From NCBI GenBank assembly GCA_001001205.1, contig LCKE01000001.1:8208-72207 (forward strand): a DNA stretch of 64,000 nucleotides, written 5' to 3'. The stretch is from Parcubacteria group bacterium GW2011_GWF2_45_11 (GTDB taxonomy: Bacteria > Patescibacteriota > Patescibacteriia > UBA1558 > UBA10009). A program made the position numbers and the translations under genes. Every line of letters begins with the position of its first letter. Positions within the stretch are counted from its first letter, which is position 1. The notes beneath the pieces are model-generated. The model had not been told where the DNA came from. It ran no database searches and was given only the letters and a program-made list of their open reading frames with translations. This document shows positions 40,528 to 50,740 of this stretch, piece after piece.

Positions 40528-42207
40528 ATGCCCCAAGAGGAAATAACAATTTTCGCCCAAACTAATTTTAGAAACCAAAAAGCCAAGTTTGGCATAAAAA
40601 CTGACGACCGCCGCCGGCATTTTTACGTTTTGGGCAAAACGGGCATGGGTAAAACCAACCTTTTGGAAACCATGATCATCCAGGATATCCAACGGGGGAA
40701 AGGCGTGGCCGTGGTTGATCCTCACGGCGAATTGGTGGAAAACATCCTCAGGTTCATCCCCAACAGGCGGATTAACGATGTCATTTACTTTAACCCCTCG
40801 GATATCAATTTCCCCATCGCTTTTAACGTGCTTGAGCAGGTCAGTCCGGAACACCGGCATCTGGTCGCCTCCGGTCTGCTCGGCGTCTTTCAAAAAATTT
40901 GGGCCGATTCCTGGGGGCCCCGCCTGGAATATGTTTTAAACAACGCCATTTTGGCCTTGCTGGAATACCCGGGTAGCACTCTCTTAGGCATCATGAAAAT
41001 TCTGGTTGACAAAAATTTCAGGCAAAAGGTGGTCAGGAATCTTTCGGATCCGGTGGTTAAATCATTTTGGGTGGACGAGTATTCCAATTATCCGGACCGC
41101 TTCCAGTCCGAGGCGATCGCGCCGATCCAGAATAAAGTCGGCCGCTTCCTCTCCTCCTCCATGATGCGCAATATCGTCGGCCAGGTTAAATCAACCATTG
41201 ATATGCGCAAAATCATGGATGAAGAAAAAATTCTCCTGCTGAACCTGTCCAAAGGCAGAATCGGGGAAGACAACTCAGCTTTACTAGGCGCCATGATGGT
41301 GACCAAAATGCAGCTTGCCGCCATGAGCCGGGTGGAAATGCCGGAAAGCGAGCGCCGCGACTTTTATTTGTACGTGGATGAGTTTCAAAACTTTGCCACC
41401 GACAGCTTTGCCAACATTTTATCGGAAGCGCGCAAATACCGCTTAAACCTTATTTTGGCCCACCAATACATTGAACAGCTGTCCGACACGGTGCGGGCGG
41501 CGGTTTTTGGCAATGTCGGCACTTTAATCTGCTTTAGGGTAGGCGCCGAAGACGCTGAATTTTTGGTTAAAGAATTCACGCCCCGTTTTGAAGAAACTGA
41601 TCTGGTCAATCTGGGTAAATACAATGTTTATCTTAAACTGATGATTGACGGCTTAGCTTCGGAGCCTTTTTCTGCCACCAGCCTGCCGCCGGAAACGGCG
41701 CCGGAAGATTATGCCGAAGTCGTGGAAAAAGTCATCAAGGTCACTCGGGAACGCTATACCACCAAACGGGAAATCATTGAAGAAAAAATCACCCGCTGGA
41801 GCGGCCTTAATCACGATAAAGAAACTCCGCTCAAAACCGAAAAGCGAATTTTTCCGGAAAAAAAGCCCTGGCCGGCCGCCAAAACCGAAAAACCAAAAGA
41901 GGCAAAAGATAAAAAAACCAGCCTCAGCGTCATCTGCGACTCTTGCAAAAATTCCACCACCATTAATTTTGTTCCCGACCCGACCAAGCCGATTTACTGC
42001 AAGGACTGCCTTAAAAAAATCCGCCAGGCCAAAATCATAGCTGAACCAGCTGGGCCGTCTTTGGCTGAGCGCGTTTTAAGCCAAAACACCATTTCCCTCA
42101 AACAGGCGCTTAATCTGCCGGTTAAAGATTTTAAAAACCACAAAAATAAAAACGAAGCTTACGACTCCGGCCGCAAGATTGAGCCGGGGGAAACGGTTAA
42201 TTTTTAA
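40528..42207 (+). CDS. FtsK/HerA-superfamily P-loop NTPase, TraG/VirD4/AAA_10-like, with C-terminal zinc ribbon
   Basis: Walker A LGKTGMGKTN, Walker B-like LYVDEFQNFAT, NLILAHQYIEQL, and a C-terminal CDSCKNS...CKDCLKK. Confidence 0.55.
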   Translation: MPQEEITIFAQTNFRNQKAKFGIKTDDRRRHFYVLGKTGMGKTNLLETMIIQDIQRGKGVAVVDPHGELVENILRFIPNRRINDVIYFNPSDINFPIAFNVLEQVSPEHRHLVASGLLGVFQKIWADSWGPRLEYVLNNAILALLEYPGSTLLGIMKILVDKNFRQKVVRNLSDPVVKSFWVDEYSNYPDRFQSEAIAPIQNKVGRFLSSSMMRNIVGQVKSTIDMRKIMDEEKILLLNLSKGRIGEDNSALLGAMMVTKMQLAAMSRVEMPESERRDFYLYVDEFQNFATDSFANILSEARKYRLNLILAHQYIEQLSDTVRAAVFGNVGTLICFRVGAEDAEFLVKEFTPRFEETDLVNLGKYNVYLKLMIDGLASEPFSATSLPPETAPEDYAEVVEKVIKVTRERYTTKREIIEEKITRWSGLNHDKETPLKTEKRIFPEKKPWPAAKTEKPKEAKDKKTSLSVICDSCKNSTTINFVPDPTKPIYCKDCLKKIRQAKIIAEPAGPSLAERVLSQNTISLKQALNLPVKDFKNHKNKNEAYDSGRKIEPGETVNF

Positions 42208-42225
42208 AGCAATCTTTAAGACGCT

Positions 42226-43767
42226 ATGATAAAAAACCGGGCAGTGGCGGCGCTGTTAAAAGCCTGGACTTTGTTACGCCAAGCATTCAACCGCCAAAAA
42301 ATTTACGAAATCCTGCCGGCTTTTTTAGTTTGGCTGACTTTTGTTTTGGCCATCGTGGTTTCGTTCGCCAGGCCGCTGTGGGTCATTGTTTTTATTATTA
42401 TTTTTGATTTATTATGGCTAATCAGGGTTTATTACCTGGTCGTCCATTTGCTGGCCTCGTGGATCAGGTTTAAACACGACGCCAAAATTTCCTGGCTAGA
42501 TGAGCTTAAAACCCTGCCGGACAAAAACTGGGAAGACTATTGCCACCTGATTTTTTTGCCGACTTACAAAGAACCTTATGAAGTCATAGATAAAACCTTT
42601 GACGCCCTGGCCAAAGTCAATTATCCCACGCCTAAATTTTTACTGGTTTTGGCCGGCGAGACCAGGGATAGAAATAATTTTTTAGACGTTGCCGAGCGTC
42701 TGAATCAAAAATACGGCCATAAATTTTTAAAAATTCTGGTCACGCTCCATCCCCAAAATTTAGCCGATGAAATTCCCGGCAAAGGCTCAAATATAAATTA
42801 CGCCGGCCATCAGGCGCAAAAACTGATAGACGAGCTTAAAATTCCCTACGAAAAAATTATTGTCTCGTCCTTTGATATAGATACCTGCGTTTATCCCGAC
42901 TATTTTGCCTATTTAACCTATAAATATATAACCCATCCCCAGCCGGAACACGCCAGTTTCCAGCCCTTGGCCTTTTATCATAACAATATCTGGGAGTCTG
43001 ACCCGGTTACCCGGGTAGTGGCCAATTCCACCACTTTTTGGCTGATGACGGATCTGGCCAGGAACGAACGGCTGTTTACTTTTTCTTCACACAGCATGAG
43101 CTTTAACGCCCTGGTTAAGGTGGGTTTTTGGGAAAAAAACATTGTCACCGACGATTCCCGCATTTTTCTGCAGTGCCTCCTGCATTACAACGGCGACTAC
43201 AAAGTTGAACCCCTGTACATCCCGGTTTCCATGAACACGGTTTATATGGGACACTTTTGGCAAAGCCTTAAAAACCAATACAAACAGATGCGGCGCTGGG
43301 CCTGGGGCGCGGAACACATCCCTTATATGCTACTGAATTATCCCAAGCATCCCCGGATGCCTTTTAAAAAAAAGTGGTACTACCTCTTTAACCAGCTGGA
43401 AGGCGTTTATTCCTGGGCGACCGCCCCTTTATTGATTTTTATCCTCGGCCGGTTGCCCTTGATGCTGGCGGATAAATCCGAGCAAAGCACTATGGTGGCT
43501 CAAAACGCCCCGTTCATTTTGGAATACCTGATGAATTTCGCCATGATCGGCCTGATTCTTTCGGCGATTTTCAGCACCCTGATTTTGCCGCAAAAACCCA
43601 AAAATAAAAGCTGGCTTTATTATCCCATTATGGTTCTTCAATGGCTGCTTTTTCCGGTAACCATGATCGCTTTCGGCTCATTGCCCGCCATAGACGCCCA
43701 AACCAGGCTGATGATCGGCGGCAAAGCCCGTTTGGGTTTTTGGGTTACGGAAAAAAAATCACTGTAG
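42226..43767 (+). CDS. membrane-embedded processive family-2 glycosyltransferase (cellulose/chitin/hyaluronan-synthase-like)
   Basis: N-terminal and C-terminal TM helices. D,D motifs (FDIDT). A QxxRW motif in QMRRWAWG. Confidence 0.55.
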   Translation: MIKNRAVAALLKAWTLLRQAFNRQKIYEILPAFLVWLTFVLAIVVSFARPLWVIVFIIIFDLLWLIRVYYLVVHLLASWIRFKHDAKISWLDELKTLPDKNWEDYCHLIFLPTYKEPYEVIDKTFDALAKVNYPTPKFLLVLAGETRDRNNFLDVAERLNQKYGHKFLKILVTLHPQNLADEIPGKGSNINYAGHQAQKLIDELKIPYEKIIVSSFDIDTCVYPDYFAYLTYKYITHPQPEHASFQPLAFYHNNIWESDPVTRVVANSTTFWLMTDLARNERLFTFSSHSMSFNALVKVGFWEKNIVTDDSRIFLQCLLHYNGDYKVEPLYIPVSMNTVYMGHFWQSLKNQYKQMRRWAWGAEHIPYMLLNYPKHPRMPFKKKWYYLFNQLEGVYSWATAPLLIFILGRLPLMLADKSEQSTMVAQNAPFILEYLMNFAMIGLILSAIFSTLILPQKPKNKSWLYYPIMVLQWLLFPVTMIAFGSLPAIDAQTRLMIGGKARLGFWVTEKKSL

Positions 43768-44144
43768 CCGCCGGCTTCTCTCCTGTGGATAAGTTAGCGC
43801 TGTCATTTTATCCGCGAATTCATTATAATGTAAGCTAAAGATATCAAAATTCTTCTTAGTGATTTGATTTAATCTGAGCTAAAATAGGGAGAAATGAAAA
43901 TGATTGTTTCAGTCATTTTATTGATGTTTACTTTAGTCATTAATAATGCGTAATTTAGGTTACGTTTTTTATTTTTTAGATAACTATCGGTTAAGCCAGC
44001 TTAAGTTAAGCTTTTAAAAGGTCGGTAAGCTTAAAAACTTAAAGAGCTTGGCTGACTTAACTAGTAAATCCAGCATGAAAGTGCGGGTATAATAACTATT
44101 TTATATATTTTATATATTTATAGTTTAAAAAAGGAAAACTTCTT

Positions 44145-45671
44145 ATGAAAAAAATTTTATTAATCTCCGTCTTGTCTTTATGCGCCATGACGGTAGTTGT
44201 GGGTTACGCGGCCGCGGCCACAACTATCAGCACCAGCATTAATACAGGCGGAACTTTGACGGTTGGCGCTGATGCCGCCGGCACCGACGTGCTCTTTTAC
44301 ACCGACGTATCCGGCGAAGAGCTGTTGTGGGATGCCAGCGAAAACATGCTGACCATTGACGGCGCCAACGGTGCCAATGCCTTGCAGGTTACCGATGGCA
44401 ACGTGGCTTTTAGCGATGATTTGGCGGTAACGGCTAACACCACGGTTGGTGGTACTTTAGGCGTAACAGGAATCACAACCTTAACAGGTAATCTTAATAT
44501 TAACGGTTATGCCACCACCACGGCGGCCAGCGGCAACTTTGCCACCGAAGGCACCTTAACTGTTGTAGGCGCAACCACCATGACGGGCAATTTCTACGTT
44601 AACGGTTATGCCACCACCACGGCCTCAACCGGCGCCATTGCTACGGAGGGCGCGCTAACCGCAGACGGCACCGTCACCTTGGCCACCACTACGGTCAACG
44701 GCTTTTTCACCCTTAATGGCGTCAGAGACGCAGGCACCGGCTATGATAACTTTATGACAGTCAGCGGTGATATAACCGGCACGGTTGGTGGAGCAAAAAC
44801 CCGCGGCGTGCTTGTTGATTTGACCCGCCCGGCCACGGCCGACAGTACCGAAGGCGACATTGAAGATACCGGCATTATGGTCAGGGTCAAAACATTGTCA
44901 GATTCAACCACCGCCGGCAATAAATTAACCGGTTTGGACGTTGAATCCAAAGCTGATAACCCGGATGGTACCATTACCAACGTGCAAGGCGCGGCCATAA
45001 CGGCCAAAAGCGACACTAGCGCTGGTTCTGTGGCCTCAATGTGGGGCTTATTAGTCAATGTCCAAAATAATGCCGCCGTCACCACCGATTTAATCAGCGG
45101 AGATTTCCGCATGTTCAGGCAGGCCGCCACTGAACCGACTAACGAATTTGTCCTCAGGGTCAGGAACGAAAACACTTCCGGCACCGGCGTTGATGCCGGC
45201 GTGCGCATTTACAGCAACGGTTCCAATGGCGTTGCTTCAGCCGCTTTTGACTACGCCATTGATATGTCCAGTTCCACCATCAATACGGCTGATATTCGCT
45301 TATCCAATGGCGCCTTAATTGCTAATGGCGACACCGACACTTTAACGGTTACCGAGGCTGTCAGTTCTTTTGTCGGCGCTATTACTGTTACTGGTGATGT
45401 TACCGTTAACGGTTACGCCACCACCACGGCGGCCACCGGCGCATTCGCCGCCCAAGGTTCTGGTGCTTTCGGTACCACGACGCCGACTTCCAAGCTTGAT
45501 ATCTTCTCAACCGGCACTTCCACGATGATTATTGACAGTAGCACCAAAGGCGGCTGTCTCTGCCTTAAAGACCTGGATAGCGCCGGTTACACTTGTATCG
45601 CGGCCAATGACGGCGTCATAAGCTATGACACCTATGCGACTGAAGCTTTGGCGGCTGCTTGCGGAGATTAA
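44145..45671 (+). CDS. secreted Thr/Gly/Ala-rich repeat protein (putative surface or filament protein)
   Basis: Signal peptide, AAATTIS, and reiterated modules N(I/V)NGYATTTA(A/S)(S/T)G(N/A)(F/I)ATEG(T/A)LT. The composition is strongly Thr/Gly/Ala/Asn biased. Confidence 0.5.
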   Translation: MKKILLISVLSLCAMTVVVGYAAAATTISTSINTGGTLTVGADAAGTDVLFYTDVSGEELLWDASENMLTIDGANGANALQVTDGNVAFSDDLAVTANTTVGGTLGVTGITTLTGNLNINGYATTTAASGNFATEGTLTVVGATTMTGNFYVNGYATTTASTGAIATEGALTADGTVTLATTTVNGFFTLNGVRDAGTGYDNFMTVSGDITGTVGGAKTRGVLVDLTRPATADSTEGDIEDTGIMVRVKTLSDSTTAGNKLTGLDVESKADNPDGTITNVQGAAITAKSDTSAGSVASMWGLLVNVQNNAAVTTDLISGDFRMFRQAATEPTNEFVLRVRNENTSGTGVDAGVRIYSNGSNGVASAAFDYAIDMSSSTINTADIRLSNGALIANGDTDTLTVTEAVSSFVGAITVTGDVTVNGYATTTAATGAFAAQGSGAFGTTTPTSKLDIFSTGTSTMIIDSSTKGGCLCLKDLDSAGYTCIAANDGVISYDTYATEALAAACGD

Positions 45672-45768
45672 CCCCTAAATTAACTTATTGTCTTTACCTT
45701 ATCAAAAGGTCGAGAAAGATAATAAATGTAATTTAGCTTCTTTATTAAGTTAATTTAGGACGCATCTT

Positions 45769-47319
45769 ATGAAAAAATTTGCTTTAATTACGCTGGCGAT
45801 CGTGCTGGCTTTAAGCATAGCCTCACCGGCTCTGGCCACTGATCTTGTTCTGCAATCGGGCAGTCAGATAACCGTTGACGATATGACCTTTACCATCAAC
45901 GGCTCAGTGGACTCCATTACGGTTAATGCGAGCGATTTCACGGTCACTATCACCAACAGTTCGGCCACCATCGTCTCCAATGACAAATATACCCTAAGCT
46001 CCACCTATGGCGTCTTTGACTGTTACACCGGCTACTCCCAGATGTTCCTCCAAAACAGCGGCACGGTTACCCACACAGTCACGCCTTCTAGCACTGTTTG
46101 CAACACCACCTCTTACACGGGCGGCGGTAGCAACAGCGGCGGTACCAGTTCGGGCGGCGGGGGAGGCGGAGTTTCACCGACTTCCGGAGAAACCACGCCC
46201 GTTACCACTACTACGCCGTTGACCAGTTTAGACAATTATGCCAGCGGTGGTGGAGAAGTAACATTAGCCAACCCGGTCAGCCAGAGCGTTTTCGCCTCCA
46301 CCGAAAATTCCGTTGCCCTGAGCGATAATTCGGTCAATTTGAGTCTGCCGGCCGGAGCGGTCAGCGACAGCGGTTCCCTGAGCATCACGCCCGAGGCCAC
46401 CTATGCCCAGCCCAAAGCCGGTTACGCGGCAGTCAAATCCCAGGCTTTTGAAATTAGCCTGGAAAACAGCGCCGGCGCTGAGGTTACCCAGCTGAACGGC
46501 ACAGCGACCTTAACTTTCAGCTACACCGATGAACAAATCTCCGGTTTTAGCGAAGGCACGCTGGTCGTCAGCTATTGGGACGAAAATCTCGCCCAATGGG
46601 TAGACCTAACAACCACGGTTAACGCCGCTGGCAATACCATTACCGCCACCACCAATCACTTCACCAAATTCATCATTCAGGCTAAATCTCTGACGGTCCC
46701 GGCCGGTTCTTTGGTGAAAACCGCCTCTAACCCCGCGGTTTACTACATTGGGCATGACGGGGAGCGCTACACTTTCAGCGACGACAAAGTCTTCTACAGC
46801 TGGTATACAAACTTTGACGATGTCATCACCATCACCGACAGCCAGATGTACGCCTTTCCCCTGGGCGGGAACATTACCGTCAGGCCGGGAACCAAGCTGA
46901 TCCAATTCGTCGGCTACACTCTTGAAGGCCAGATGACGGTAGGCGACCCCAAAGTTTATGCCGTTGAACCGGGCGGCGTCAGACGCTGGATTGAAACAGC
47001 GTCCATCGCACAAACCCTCTTTGGCAGTAACTGGGAACAAAAAATCTACGCCGTACCCACCACTTTGGCAGGTTTTTACAGCTTGGGCAGTTCTCTGGCC
47101 GAACCCGTTTATCCTTCGGGTGCCGTGGTCAAAGAAACTTCCAGCAATAAAATCTATTACATCAACGCGGCGGAAAAACGGCTGATAAACACCGGCGGCC
47201 TTTCGGCCAACGGTTTTCAGGCACTGCATTACAATTCTGCCACCAGTTTAAGTAGCTATGCTCTGTCTACTGATTTAAACGACTATCAAAACAGCATTAG
47301 CTGGACTGGCGGGAAATAG
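45769..47319 (+). CDS. secreted Ser/Thr/Gly-rich surface protein, hypothetical
   Basis: Signal peptide, a poly-Gly/Thr linker (GGGSNSGGTSSGGGGGGVSPTSGETTPVTTTTP), and a beta-rich C-terminal domain. Confidence 0.45.
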   Translation: MKKFALITLAIVLALSIASPALATDLVLQSGSQITVDDMTFTINGSVDSITVNASDFTVTITNSSATIVSNDKYTLSSTYGVFDCYTGYSQMFLQNSGTVTHTVTPSSTVCNTTSYTGGGSNSGGTSSGGGGGGVSPTSGETTPVTTTTPLTSLDNYASGGGEVTLANPVSQSVFASTENSVALSDNSVNLSLPAGAVSDSGSLSITPEATYAQPKAGYAAVKSQAFEISLENSAGAEVTQLNGTATLTFSYTDEQISGFSEGTLVVSYWDENLAQWVDLTTTVNAAGNTITATTNHFTKFIIQAKSLTVPAGSLVKTASNPAVYYIGHDGERYTFSDDKVFYSWYTNFDDVITITDSQMYAFPLGGNITVRPGTKLIQFVGYTLEGQMTVGDPKVYAVEPGGVRRWIETASIAQTLFGSNWEQKIYAVPTTLAGFYSLGSSLAEPVYPSGAVVKETSSNKIYYINAAEKRLINTGGLSANGFQALHYNSATSLSSYALSTDLNDYQNSISWTGGK

Positions 47320-47339
47320 AATAGGTTTTGCCAATTTAA

Positions 47340-47372
47340 AAAACAACCGTTGGGTTTTCCGGCGGTTGTTTT
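47340..47372. terminator. bidirectional intrinsic terminator hairpin between the surface-protein gene and fmt
   Basis: AAAACAACCG-N13-CGGTTGTTTT is a 10-bp stem, with T/A-rich flanks on both strands. Confidence 0.45.
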
Positions 47373-47376
47373 GATT

Positions 47377-48324
47377 CTAGCTAAAAAAATAACCGTTGAT
47401 AAACTCCCGTGCCAACATAGCCCGCTTGCCCTCCGGCTGAAGCTCGTTAATCAGCAGAGAGTCCTGACCGCACTTGACCAACAGCCGGCCGTTAATCTTC
47501 TGAAACTCACCGACTTTGCCCGAGACTTCGCCGGCGGCCAAACTAACGGACAAAAGTTTGACTTTTAACTTTTGCCCGAGGCGGTTTTTTGATCCGTCCG
47601 CCTTGTGTCCGGTAAAATAAGTAAAACTGCCCGGCCAGGGAAAATAAGCTCTGATTTGACGTTCTATAGCCAGGGCGGTCTGACGCCAATTGATTTGACC
47701 GTCGGCGCGTTTTAAAATTTTAGTAAAAGTCGCCAAAGACTCGGCCTGTGCCAGAGGTTGAATTTGGCCGGACAAATAATCAGGCAAAATCCGGCAGAGC
47801 AAGTCCGCGCCGCTTTGGGCCAAAAGGTCATGCAAGCTTATAGCGGTATCGGAATCTTTGATCGGCAATCTTTGGCTTTGGGCCACGATCGGTCCGTGAT
47901 CCATTTTTTGATCCAGTTTGATTAGGGAAACGCCCGTAAACTCATCACCGTTTAAAATAGCCGATTGCATGGGGGAAGGTCCGCGATATTTTGGCAAAAA
48001 GGAGGGATGAACGTTCAAACAGCCCAAAGGAAAAAGATCCAGAATCCTCTGCGGAATCAGCCTACCATAAGCCACCGCCACGCCAAGATCGGCTTTAGCC
48101 TCCTGCAACCTTTCCAGGTTTAAGCTCTGGCTGACTTTAAGCCCCAGCTGTTTGGCGGCGGCTTTAACCGGCGGCGGTCTTAAAGCCAGCTGGCGGCCGG
48201 CCGGTTTATCCGGCTGAGTAACAACCTGCACCAAATTAAAACCGCGCTCAGATAGCAGTTTAAGTGAGGGCACGGCGAATTCCGGCGTGCCGAAAAAAAT
48301 TATTTTTGCCACTTGGTTAGACAT
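47377..48324 (-). CDS. fmt: methionyl-tRNA formyltransferase
   Basis: KIIFFGTPEFAVPSL N-terminus and a formyltransferase domain. Confidence 0.9.
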   Translation of the reverse strand: MSNQVAKIIFFGTPEFAVPSLKLLSERGFNLVQVVTQPDKPAGRQLALRPPPVKAAAKQLGLKVSQSLNLERLQEAKADLGVAVAYGRLIPQRILDLFPLGCLNVHPSFLPKYRGPSPMQSAILNGDEFTGVSLIKLDQKMDHGPIVAQSQRLPIKDSDTAISLHDLLAQSGADLLCRILPDYLSGQIQPLAQAESLATFTKILKRADGQINWRQTALAIERQIRAYFPWPGSFTYFTGHKADGSKNRLGQKLKVKLLSVSLAAGEVSGKVGEFQKINGRLLVKCGQDSLLINELQPEGKRAMLAREFINGYFFS

Positions 48325-48342
48325 TACCTTATTTTATATCGG

Positions 48343-48846
48343 CTAACGTTCATTCAGTTTAGCCCGGGCGATCAAGGCTTTGACTTTATCTTCGCCCCTG
48401 GTGTACTTAAAAATCTTATCAATGAATAAAACGCCGTTCAGATGATCAATCTCATGCTGAATAACCGTGGCCAGCAGGCCTTCCGCTCTGAACTTCAGAC
48501 GCCGTCCGTTTTTATCCTTATAAGCGATTTTAACCCAAAACGGCCTTTTAACGAGGCCGTAAATTCCGGGAAAGGATAAACAGCCTTCATCAACCGTATT
48601 TTTTTTAAACAAGGCCCGCCAGCAGATTCTAGGATTGATCAAAAATTCCGGACCGCCTTTCATTTTAATGACAGCCACCCTCAGTTGGCTCTTCACCTGG
48701 GAAGCGGCCAGGCCGATGCCGTCCTCTTTCAACATGGTTTCAGACAGCTCCGTTAAAAATCGCTGAAATTCAGGTTCCTGGATCTTGGCGACTTTTTTGG
48801 TGCGTTGCCGCAAAATTTTGTCTGGATACTTGATAATATTTAACAT
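48343..48846 (-). CDS. def: peptide deformylase
   Basis: All three Def motifs are present: GIGLAASQV, EGCLSFPG, HEIDHLNG. Confidence 0.9.
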   Translation of the reverse strand: MLNIIKYPDKILRQRTKKVAKIQEPEFQRFLTELSETMLKEDGIGLAASQVKSQLRVAVIKMKGGPEFLINPRICWRALFKKNTVDEGCLSFPGIYGLVKRPFWVKIAYKDKNGRRLKFRAEGLLATVIQHEIDHLNGVLFIDKIFKYTRGEDKVKALIARAKLNER

Positions 48847-48905
48847 TTTTGCTGTTTTTTAATTATTTGTTATAATTCTACTACAGATTCAAAATTTATT
48901 AAAAT

Positions 48906-49172
48906 ATGGGGTTTAGTGACTTTAAAAAAATCGGGGAAATTTTATCGGCCAAACAATCGGTCAGGTCGCCGGCTTACGCCTGGCAGGAGCTAGCCTTAAC
49001 CATCATCAGTGAGCTTAACGTGCCGCCATTCAAAAAAAGCGCTGTTTTTAAAATCTGCAAAGATTACCCCAAACCTTTTATTGAGCGCTGTTTAAACGAC
49101 ACCAAGGAACTGGCCAAAGGCCAGCGCTGGAAATATTTTTTCAAGCTGATTAGCCCTAAAAAACTGGGTTAA
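48906..49172 (+). CDS. hypothetical small protein
   Basis: 88-aa ORF with no recognisable motif. Confidence 0.3.
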   Translation: MGFSDFKKIGEILSAKQSVRSPAYAWQELALTIISELNVPPFKKSAVFKICKDYPKPFIERCLNDTKELAKGQRWKYFFKLISPKKLG

Positions 49173-49265
49173 AAAATTTCCGCGGCCTTAAGCGGAATTT
49201 TTTTATGATATAAAAAAAGATGTAGTCTGCCCGCCCGTTAGTCAAAAATCATGTGCCTCTTTCTT

Positions 49266-49431
49266 GTCATTTCGGCCGAGGACAAACTTTAGTGAGGACG
49301 AGTGCCTGCCTGCGCAAAGCTGTTGCTTCGCTACGGCTATAGCAGGGAGAAATCCCTCGTGTCCTGGCTTATAATCAAGAGATTTCTCCGCTCGTTCGCC
49401 ATTAGGCTCACTCGGTTGAAATGACAAACAA
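49266..49431 (+). repeat. ~170-nt repeated intergenic element, copy B
   Basis: See copy A. Forms an inverted pair with copy C at 54103-54199. Confidence 0.6.
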
Positions 49432-49457
49432 TCACTTAACCCATCACGTCGGGCACG

Positions 49458-50246
49458 CTATAAGACAAAATTAGCCACAAGATAACCTACGCCGAAAGGA
49501 CCTTCGTAGCTTAAAATCTGCGGCTGATAATTAAGTTCACCTAAAATGCCTAAAAGTATCAAAATGGAACGGTAGCCGCATTCGCCAGCCTCAGCCAGCA
49601 ATTCCTGCTTGATTTTCGCAATCGCCTGATGATCTTTTTTCTTCAGCAGGTCAATCAACAACCGGTCAAATTCCTGGCCGCGGGGCGAGTAACCGGCCGG
49701 AGCGTCTTCGGTCAGACGGTGCGAAAGATCGCCTGAAGCCACAACAGCAATGCGCTCGTTGGATTGATCAATAATTTTGCGGATTTGCCCGCCGAACTCC
49801 AGATGTTTGTTTCTGGGTAAAAAAGAATAGCCGATGGGAATGACTTTAAGCTTTTTTAAATTCTGGCTTAAATAAAATAAAGGCACGCCGGCGCCATGAT
49901 CCAGCTCATGATCGGTGGTTAAAACCACCGGCAAAACCGCTTCCGCCCGCTCCCGTATCTGATAAGCCAGCCCCAGATTATTGTTAAACTCCAGTTTGGT
50001 TGAAAGATCGCCGAACTGTTCAAACTTAGACGTCAGCGTGGGTGCGTGGTTGATGGTAAAAGCGTCGGCTAAAAGCTCGCTGTGGGGAGTAATGACGATG
50101 ACGGTTTCGGGATTAGCGTGGTATAAATTTTCTTCAAGCTCTTTTAGTCCCTTAACGGTTTTTTCAATCAAAGCTAAATTTTCCCGGCCGATTTCCGGAA
50201 TAAGCAAGGGGGGATGGGGGCAGATGGCCGCAAAAACCAAAGGCAT
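49458..50246 (-). CDS. AmmeMemoRadiSam system protein B (MEMO1/class III extradiol dioxygenase-like)
   Basis: 262 aa with PLVFAAICPHPPLL start, HGAGVPL and GDLSHRL His motifs typical of the family. Confidence 0.65.
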   Translation of the reverse strand: MPLVFAAICPHPPLLIPEIGRENLALIEKTVKGLKELEENLYHANPETVIVITPHSELLADAFTINHAPTLTSKFEQFGDLSTKLEFNNNLGLAYQIRERAEAVLPVVLTTDHELDHGAGVPLFYLSQNLKKLKVIPIGYSFLPRNKHLEFGGQIRKIIDQSNERIAVVASGDLSHRLTEDAPAGYSPRGQEFDRLLIDLLKKKDHQAIAKIKQELLAEAGECGYRSILILLGILGELNYQPQILSYEGPFGVGYLVANFVL

Positions 50247-50740
50247 ATTTAGTAAGGTTTAAGACTTATAACTGACGCGTGATGGTTAATTAATCATAAC
50301 ACAGATAAATACGGATGAAAAAAGGCATATCGTGGGGCGTATCTGATGTCCAGTTCACAAAGTGATTTAAGCTGGTTAACCTTCTTTAAAAGGTTATTCG
50401 GTATAGATTTCTCCATATTCCGGCAAACGCCTCAGCCTTTTTAAAGGATCTATTTGAACCAAATAATCTTGTAATTCCTCCATGAGTTGTACAAGTACTT
50501 GTTTATTATCTTTGTATTCAACAATTTTTACCATAACCTTTTAAATACGAATTTTCGTAATGTCAGGCAACGGGCGTGTGTCTGCGACGTTGTCTAAGCC
50601 GCATGGCCATATAATTGCCCCGAGCTTGTCGGGGGCTACCGCCTAAGCAGACAAACAATTTGGGTGAGCACTGAGCGATCTTGAGTGAGGAGCAAAGCGA
50701 CGAGTCAAAAAGGAGTTGAAAAGCACATATTAGGATGTAA

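Noticed and set aside
50391-50534. 47-aa minus-strand ORF (MVKIVEYKDNKQVLVQLMEELQDYLVQIDPLKRLRRLPEYGEIYTE) as a real gene
   Set aside because: It is too short to assign and has no downstream continuation. It is kept only as a possible gene remnant inside the IR-flanked segment.
50540-50740. Possible ncRNA between the orphan fragment and the MazG-like gene (GC-rich segment ...GGGTGAGCACTGAGCGATCTTGAGTGAGGAGCAAAGCGACGAG...)
   Set aside because: There is no recognisable structure or motif, and it could simply be a degraded coding remnant. It is noted without a call.
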